Positions 57,121-64,000 of a stretch of 64,000 nt of DNA are shown here, in pieces. This DNA is from an uncultured Actinomycetota bacterium (GTDB lineage Bacteria > Actinomycetota > Actinomycetes > Mycobacteriales > Mycobacteriaceae): assembly GCA_963784685.1 (NCBI GenBank), contig CAWASF010000019.1, forward strand, positions 730,933 through 794,932, given 5' to 3'. The stretch's first letter is position 1. The number at the start of each line of letters is the position of its first letter. The notes under the pieces were generated by a model that had not been told where the DNA came from, ran no database searches, and saw only the letters and a list, made by a program, of their open reading frames with translations. A program made the translations under genes and the position numbers.

Positions 57121-57552
57121 ATGCCTGACAGCGATGCGCGGCTGGCCAGCGACTTGTCGCTGGCGGTCATGCGGCTGGCCCGCCAACTGCGGTTTCGCAA
57201 CCCGTCGTCGCCGGTGTCGCTATCTCAGCTCTCAGCGCTGGCGACCCTGGTGAACGAGGGCGCGATGACCCCCGGCGCGTTGGCCATTCGCGAGCGTGTC
57301 CGGCCGCCTTCGATGACCCGGGTGATCGCCTCGCTGGCCGAGATGGGCCTCGTCGACCGGTCCCCGCACCCCGTCGACGGCCGGCAAGTGCTGGTATCCG
57401 TGTCCGAGTCCGGCTCCGAGCTGGTCAAGGAGAACCGTCGCGCTCGTCAGGAGTGGCTGGCCAAGCGGCTCGCGACCCTGGACAGCGATCAACGTGACAC
57501 CCTGCGCAGTGCGGCCGACCTGATGCTCGCCCTGGTCGACGAAAGCCCGTGA
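57121..57552 (+). CDS. MarR-family transcriptional regulator (Rv0880-like)
   Basis: 143 aa winged-HTH layout ([47 protein letters not shown]). Confidence 0.9.
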   Translation: MPDSDARLASDLSLAVMRLARQLRFRNPSSPVSLSQLSALATLVNEGAMTPGALAIRERVRPPSMTRVIASLAEMGLVDRSPHPVDGRQVLVSVSESGSELVKENRRARQEWLAKRLATLDSDQRDTLRSAADLMLALVDESP

Positions 57553-58388
57553 GCGGCCTGGAGTGTATGGACGGCGTGGATGTTCAGGACGTCAGTGATC
57601 CCGACGATCCGCGGCTCGACGACTTCCGCGACCTGAACAGCGTCGATCGTCGTCCGGATCTGCCGACCGGCAAAGGGCTGGTGATCGCCGAGGGCGTGCT
57701 GGTCGTGCAGCGCATGCTCGCGTCCCGGTTCAGCCCGCACGCCCTGCTGGGGACCGACCGCAGGCTGGCCGAGCTTGAGCGCGATCTGGTCGGTGCCCAA
57801 GCGCCGTTCTACCGGGCGTCGGCCGATGTGATGGCGCGGGTGGTCGGCTTCCACCTCAATCGCGGCGTGCTGGCGGCGGCTAGGCGGGTGCCGGAAGCCG
57901 GCATTGCGCAAGTCGTCGACGGCGCCCGTACCGTCGCGGTGCTCGAGGGCGTCAACGATCACGAGAACCTGGGCTCGATCTTTCGCAACGCGGCCGGTCT
58001 GGGCGTGGACGCGGTGGTGTTCGGCAGTGGCTGTGCCGACCCGCTGTACCGTCGCGCGGTCCGCGTCTCGATGGGCCACGCATTGCTGGTGCCGTATGCG
58101 CGAGCAACCAGCTGGCCCGGCGACCTTGCGGTGTTGCGAGAGCACGGATTTCGGCTACTGGCGATGACTCCGCACAGCGAAGCGGGCACGCTGGCGGAGG
58201 CCATGGCGGCCGCGCGCGACGAACGCGTCGCGGTGTTGGTCGGCGCCGAGGGCCCTGGGCTGACGTCGGCCACCCTGCGGCTCAGTGATGTGCGGGTCCG
58301 CGTCCCGATGTCGCGGGGTACCGACTCGCTGAACGTCGCGACCGCGGCAGCCCTGGCGTTCTACGAGCGGGCTAGGCTCCGTCCGTGA
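57549..58388 (+). CDS. TrmH/SpoU-family RNA 2'-O-methyltransferase
   Basis: GTGA overlap with the MarR gene stop. SpoU motifs [42 protein letters not shown]. Confidence 0.9.
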   Translation: MSGLECMDGVDVQDVSDPDDPRLDDFRDLNSVDRRPDLPTGKGLVIAEGVLVVQRMLASRFSPHALLGTDRRLAELERDLVGAQAPFYRASADVMARVVGFHLNRGVLAAARRVPEAGIAQVVDGARTVAVLEGVNDHENLGSIFRNAAGLGVDAVVFGSGCADPLYRRAVRVSMGHALLVPYARATSWPGDLAVLREHGFRLLAMTPHSEAGTLAEAMAAARDERVAVLVGAEGPGLTSATLRLSDVRVRVPMSRGTDSLNVATAAALAFYERARLRP

Positions 58389-58669
58389 GCGACGAGCACC
58401 ACCAATCTGTGCCCTGGGCAACGGGTTTGACGGTCTCGGGCTTCGTCGCCGCGGTGACCGGAGTAGCCGTCGTGGTGCTGACTCTCGGGCTCATCCGGGT
58501 GAATCCGCTGCTCGCGGTCGGCCTCAACGTCGTGGCGGCAGGCGGCCTGGCACCGACGCTGTGGGGCTGGCGGCGCACCTTGGTGCTGCGCTGGTTCGTG
58601 CTGGGCGCGGGTGTGGGGGTGGTGGTCGCCTGGGTGACGTTGCTTGGGCTGGTTTGGGGGGCGGGCTAG
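58385..58669 (+). CDS. small 3-TM membrane protein (Rv0882-like)
   Basis: GTGA overlap with the methyltransferase stop. 94 aa, hydrophobic. Confidence 0.6.
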   Translation: MSDEHHQSVPWATGLTVSGFVAAVTGVAVVVLTLGLIRVNPLLAVGLNVVAAGGLAPTLWGWRRTLVLRWFVLGAGVGVVVAWVTLLGLVWGAG

Positions 58670-59445
58670 CGGTGCCCGCTTGAGCGCACGCCGAGCAGCA
58701 CATCCTCCCAAGCCGGAATGACCGGCTTGCCGCGTCGGGTGTGCACCGGCTGTTCGGGCGGCGCGGTGACCGCGGGCTTCGCCTCTTCGCCGGACGCGGG
58801 CGGTGCCCCCACGTCGAACTCGAGGTGGGCCACCGGCGCGATCGGCCGCAGCGGGCGCTCGAAGTCGGGGTCGATCAGCTCGCTGGCCGCGTCGTCGATC
58901 GCGGTGACCGTTCCGCCGTGGGCGCCGGGACTGAAGCTGAAATGTGCGATGTTGTCGGAACGGCCGACCTTCCAGGCAAGCTGCACCGTCCAGCGGCTGT
59001 CCTCGTTGCGCCAGGCATCCCAACTGAGCCTATCGGGCTCGAGGCCCCGCGCCACCAATGCGGTGCTGACGGTCTCCAACAGGGTCAGCACGGCGGGGCC
59101 GTCGGCGAGCACCGGATGGGCGGCGGTTGCCAGCTCCGCGGCGCGGGCACGCTCCAGCAACACCGGGTGGGCGAACCGGCGGATCCGGGCGATGTCGGAA
59201 CCCGACGCCGTGGCGACCTGCTCCACAGACGCGCCGGCGCGGATTTTCGCCTGAATTTCTTTGGGGCTCAACATGTTTACCAGTCTGAACTCGAGCGGCG
59301 GTTGTTCCGGCTGGGGCGATTCGCCGCGCAGGGCGGCCCGCAGTCGGTCGTCGACCGCCAGCCTGAACTTCTCTGCGGGTTCATCACCCTCGCAGATGAT
59401 GTATTTGCCGTCGTGATCGAGCCCAACCACCTTGAGTTCCCGCAT
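58666..59445 (-). CDS. sepH: DUF3071-type DNA-binding protein, SepH-like cell-division factor (Rv0883c-like)
   Basis: ATG 59445 (MRELKVVGLDHDGKYIICEGDEPAEKFRLAVDDRLRAALRG). The N-terminus matches my recollection of actinobacterial SepH/DUF3071 proteins. Confidence 0.7.
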   Translation of the reverse strand: MRELKVVGLDHDGKYIICEGDEPAEKFRLAVDDRLRAALRGESPQPEQPPLEFRLVNMLSPKEIQAKIRAGASVEQVATASGSDIARIRRFAHPVLLERARAAELATAAHPVLADGPAVLTLLETVSTALVARGLEPDRLSWDAWRNEDSRWTVQLAWKVGRSDNIAHFSFSPGAHGGTVTAIDDAASELIDPDFERPLRPIAPVAHLEFDVGAPPASGEEAKPAVTAPPEQPVHTRRGKPVIPAWEDVLLGVRSSGHR

Positions 59446-59567
59446 GGCTTCTCCTCGCAGGCCCCGTGCCCGGTCAGCGACGGGCCCGTCAGGTGCGCAC
59501 TCTAGTGCAGCTAACGCCGATAACCCGCTCGGACACGCTGGCGGGTTGCACGCCTGTGACCGCCAGG

Positions 59568-60815
<1,248 letters not shown>

Positions 60816-60918
60816 TCAGGCCACAGTGCGTTCGAGGGGTCTAGAAAATATCCGGTACCTGCGGTACTGTCTTGGACACAGCACGTCCAAATGTAAACCT
60901 CGTGGGGGAGGCTCGGAT

Positions 60919-61944
60919 ATGGCCAGGACGCGAATGGTCCGGCGCTGGCGCCGGAACATGGAGGTTCGCGACGACGCCGAGTACGTGAACATGCTCGCCA
61001 CACTGTCCGAGGGGTCTGTGCGGCGAAACTTCAATCCGTACACCGACATCGACTGGGATTCAGCGGAGTTCGCCGTCGAGGAGAACGACCCCCGGTGGAT
61101 CTTGCCGCTGACCGATCCGATAGGGCGCCATCCCTGGTATCAAGCCCAGCCCGAAGACCGCAAGATCAAAATCGGGATGTGGCGCCAGTCCAACGTGGCC
61201 AAGGTCGGACTGCACTTCGAATCGATCCTGATCCGCGGTCTGATGAACTACACATTCTGGGTGCCCAACGGATCGCCGGAGTACCGGTACTGCCTGCACG
61301 AATCGGTCGAAGAGTGCAACCACACCATGATGTTTCAGGAGATGGTCAACCGCGTCGGCGCCGACGTCCCCGGTATGCCGCGGATGCTGCGCTGGATCTC
61401 TCCGCTGATTCCTCTGGTGGCCGGCCCGTTGCCGGTGGCGTTCTTCATCGGGGTGCTCGCCGGCGAGGAGCCTATCGACCACACGCAGAAAAACGTTCTC
61501 CGCGAAGGCAAGTCGCTGCATCCGATCATGGAGCGGGTGATGGCCATCCACGTGGCCGAGGAAGCCCGCCACATTTCGTTCGCGCACGAGTTCCTGCGTA
61601 AGCGGTTGCCGCAGTTGACCAAGCGGCAGCGGTTCTGGGTGTCGCTGTACTACCCGCTGACCATGCGGGTGCTGTGCCAGGCGATCGTCAAGCCGCCCAA
61701 AGCTTTCTGGGAGGAGTTCGACATCCCGCGCGAGGTGAAGAAGGAACTCTTCTTCCGGTCGCCGGAATCGCGAAAGTGGCTGAGCGACATGTTCGCCGAC
61801 GTCCGAATGCTGGCCAACGACACCGGCCTGATGGAGACGCGCTCCTCGCGGCTGATGTGGCGGATCTGCAAGATCAACGGCAAGCCGTCGCGCTACCGCA
61901 GTGAGCCGCAACGTCAGCATCTGGCCGCGGTGCCGGCCGTCTAG
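60919..61944 (+). CDS. ferritin-like diiron oxygenase (AurF/PABA N-oxygenase-like family; Rv0885-like)
   Basis: ATG 60919. Two E..H-type diiron motifs, HESVEECNHTMMFQE and HVAEEARHISFAHE. Confidence 0.78.
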   Translation: MARTRMVRRWRRNMEVRDDAEYVNMLATLSEGSVRRNFNPYTDIDWDSAEFAVEENDPRWILPLTDPIGRHPWYQAQPEDRKIKIGMWRQSNVAKVGLHFESILIRGLMNYTFWVPNGSPEYRYCLHESVEECNHTMMFQEMVNRVGADVPGMPRMLRWISPLIPLVAGPLPVAFFIGVLAGEEPIDHTQKNVLREGKSLHPIMERVMAIHVAEEARHISFAHEFLRKRLPQLTKRQRFWVSLYYPLTMRVLCQAIVKPPKAFWEEFDIPREVKKELFFRSPESRKWLSDMFADVRMLANDTGLMETRSSRLMWRICKINGKPSRYRSEPQRQHLAAVPAV

Positions 61945-61960
61945 GACCGCACGGGTATTC

Positions 61961-63664
61961 ATGCCGCACGTTATTACCCAGTCGTGCTGCAACGACGGGT
62001 CCTGTGTTTTCGCTTGCCCGGTGAATTGCATTCACCCGACGCCCGACGAGCAGGGCTTTGCGACGTCGGAGATGCTCTATATCGATCCGGTGGCCTGCGT
62101 GGACTGTGGCGCCTGTGTGAGCGCCTGCCCGGTCGGCGCAATTGCACCCGACACCCGCCTGGAGCCCAAGCAGCTGCCGTTCGTTGAGATCAACGCCTCC
62201 TTTTACCCGGAGCGGCCCGCCGGGGTGAAGCTGCCGCCGACATCGAAGCTGGCCCCGGTGATCCCCGCCGCCGAGGTGCGCGCCCGCCGTCACCCCCTGA
62301 CCGTGGCCATCGTCGGGTCGGGGCCCGCGGCCATGTACGCGGCCGACGAACTGCTCACGCAACACGGGGTGCGGGTCAACGTCTTCGAGAAGCTGCCCAC
62401 GCCGTACGGGTTGGTTCGCGCCGGCGTCGCGCCCGATCACCAAAACACCAAAAGGGTTACCGCACTTTTCGATCGGGTGTCCCACCATCGCCGCTTCGGG
62501 TTCTATCTCAACGTCGAGATCGGCAAGCATCTGGCCCACGCCGATCTGTTGGCCCACCATCACGCCGTGCTGTATGCGGTCGGTGCGCCCGATGATCGCC
62601 GCCTGGACATCGACGGCATGGGTCTCCCCGGCACCGGAACCGCCACCGAATTGGTCGCGTGGATCAACGGCCATCCCGACTTCTCTGATCTGCCAGTCGA
62701 TCTCAGTCACGAACGGGTGGTGATCATCGGCAACGGCAATGTGGCGCTCGATGTGGCGCGGGTGCTGACGGCCGACCCCGACGACCTGGCGGGGACCGAC
62801 ATTTCCGACCATGCACTGCAAGCGCTTCGCGGCTCGGCGGTGCGCGAAGTGGTGATCGCCGCGCGGCGCGGGCCCGCCGACTCCGCATTCACCTTGCCCG
62901 AACTGATCGGTCTCACCGGCGCATCCGAGGTCGTGCTCGACGCCGCCGACCACCGACGGGTGGCAAGCGATCTCGCTGAGGTTGATCCGGCTTCTGACGC
63001 GCTGACCAAGCGCAAGCTGGAGATCTTGAGCAAGCTGGGCGACGGTTCGACGCCGGCGGCGCGCCCACGAATCCGGCTGGCCTATCACCTCACGCCCAAA
63101 CGCGTGCTGGGCCAGCAGCGTGCGACCGGCGTGGAGTTCTCGGTCACCGGAACCGACGAGGTGCGCTCCCTCGACGCGGGCCTGGTGCTGACGTCGATTG
63201 GCTACCGCGGCAAGCCGATTCGTGATCTCCCGTTCGACGAATCGGCGGCCATTGTTCCTAACGACGGTGGTCGTGTCGTCGACCCCGACTCCGGCCGACA
63301 CGTGCCCGGCGCATATGTCGCGGGGTGGATCAAGCGGGGACCGACGGGATTCATCGGTACCAACAAATCCTGCTCTTTTGAAACCGTCCAGGCCGTGGTG
63401 GCCGATTTCAACGCCGGCAGGTTGACCGACCCGGCGGACAAGCCGGAGGCGCTGGCCAAACTGGTGCACGCGCGCCGGCCCGAGGCCGTCGACTCGGAGG
63501 GTTGGCGGGCGATCGATGCCGCGGAGATCACGCGCGGCAGCCACGACGGACGGCCGCGCAACAAGTTCACCGACGTCGCCGACATGCTCCGCGTAGCCGC
63601 CACCGCGCAGCCGGCGCCGCCGCGGCGACGCCGGCTGCTGGCACGGCTGCGTGACTTCGCTTAG
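61961..63664 (+). CDS. fprB: ferredoxin / NADPH-ferredoxin reductase fusion protein
   Basis: ATG 61961. N-terminal 7Fe-type ferredoxin (MPHVITQSCCNDGSCVFACPVNCIHP ... CVDCGACVSACP) fused to an FAD/NADPH reductase (VAIVGSGPAAMYAADEL). Confidence 0.9.
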   Translation: MPHVITQSCCNDGSCVFACPVNCIHPTPDEQGFATSEMLYIDPVACVDCGACVSACPVGAIAPDTRLEPKQLPFVEINASFYPERPAGVKLPPTSKLAPVIPAAEVRARRHPLTVAIVGSGPAAMYAADELLTQHGVRVNVFEKLPTPYGLVRAGVAPDHQNTKRVTALFDRVSHHRRFGFYLNVEIGKHLAHADLLAHHHAVLYAVGAPDDRRLDIDGMGLPGTGTATELVAWINGHPDFSDLPVDLSHERVVIIGNGNVALDVARVLTADPDDLAGTDISDHALQALRGSAVREVVIAARRGPADSAFTLPELIGLTGASEVVLDAADHRRVASDLAEVDPASDALTKRKLEILSKLGDGSTPAARPRIRLAYHLTPKRVLGQQRATGVEFSVTGTDEVRSLDAGLVLTSIGYRGKPIRDLPFDESAAIVPNDGGRVVDPDSGRHVPGAYVAGWIKRGPTGFIGTNKSCSFETVQAVVADFNAGRLTDPADKPEALAKLVHARRPEAVDSEGWRAIDAAEITRGSHDGRPRNKFTDVADMLRVAATAQPAPPRRRRLLARLRDFA

Positions 63665-64000
63665 TTGCTTGCCTGCCCGGACATCGCCGCCCGGATCTCC
63701 TCCATGCTGACATCGCGCACCGGCTGTCCCAGCGACCAGTGGTGGCCGAACGGGTCGGCGACCACGCCATAGCGGTCTCCCCAGAACTGGTCCTCCAACG
63801 GCGCCACCTCGGTGGCGCCCGCGTCGAGCGCCCGCTGGAACTTGGAGTCGACGTCGGTGACCGTCAAATGAATGGTGACCGGGGTTCCGCCCAGTGACTT
63901 CGGCGTCATCGACTTGCCGCCGCACATTTCGGGGAAGTCGTCGTTGAGCATCACGGTGAAGCCGTTGATGCGCACGGCGGCGTGGATCAGCTTGCCGTCG
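63661..64000 (-). CDS. VOC/glyoxalase-family protein, 3' part (5' end lies right of the window)
   Basis: The frame stays open to the window edge (..GKLIHAAVRINGFTVMLNDDFPE ... GHHWSLGQPV). Position corresponds to Rv0887c. Confidence 0.75.
   Translation of the reverse strand, partial: DGKLIHAAVRINGFTVMLNDDFPEMCGGKSMTPKSLGGTPVTIHLTVTDVDSKFQRALDAGATEVAPLEDQFWGDRYGVVADPFGHHWSLGQPVRDVSMEEIRAAMSGQASN

Noticed and set aside
61874-63925. 683-aa minus-strand ORF
   Set aside because: Antisense to fprB, which has ferredoxin Cys clusters and a GxGxxA FAD motif.

Overview
The window is a visibly GC-rich actinobacterial chromosome segment, and its gene content marks it as Mycobacterium. All calls come from reading the supplied ORF translations and the DNA by eye. 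No BLAST, HMM or folding was run, and start codons are the weakest part of every call.

Gene content, left to right:
- 1-2 kb: the 3' part of an aldehyde dehydrogenase gene and a family III CoA-transferase.
- 2.3-11.8 kb: a complete, translationally coupled mce operon (yrbEA, yrbEB, mceA-F).
- 12.1-14.0 kb: a convergent operon with two Mce-associated (Mas-like) membrane proteins and a secreted protein.
- 14.6-21.1 kb: an accessory-looking block. It holds a TetR gene with twin perfect palindromes in front of a four-gene membrane operon. That operon consists of two paralogous 6-TM proteins followed by a COX III-like and a COX IV-like subunit, with no catalytic oxidase subunits. The block also holds a cytochrome P450, a second TetR gene, and an enoyl-CoA hydratase translationally coupled to an MmpS-like protein.
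- 21.1-25.2 kb: an LpqH-like lipoprotein and an amidohydrolase / acyl-CoA ligase / unknown / Bfd-like ferredoxin operon.
- 25.1-64 kb: gene order follows M. tuberculosis H37Rv Rv0853c-Rv0887c as I remember that map. The order is pdc, SRPBCC, far, two SRPBCC, dapC, fadA, fadB, XPB helicase, Rv0862c-like, moaC-mog-moaE, rpfA, moaD-moaA, cspB, fadE10, MFS, MarR, TrmH-type methyltransferase, SepH-like, serC, diiron oxygenase, fprB.

Differences from that remembered map:
- The PE_PGRS and PPE genes are absent.
- A seven-gene redox/lipid island (34.1-39.4 kb) is inserted between fadB and the XPB helicase.
- A variable locus at 51.1-53.1 kb carries a Xi-class GST-like gene and a DUF559-type gene.

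I recognised one cis-regulatory RNA, a ydaO-type (c-di-AMP) riboswitch in the rpfA leader. I saw no rRNA, tRNA, CRISPR array, transposase or prophage. Many long ORFs in the track are antisense or out-of-frame artefacts of the high GC content and were rejected.

The most novel-looking candidate is the TetR-guarded operon with orphan COX III/IV-like subunits and duplicated 6-TM proteins at 15.3-17.7 kb.
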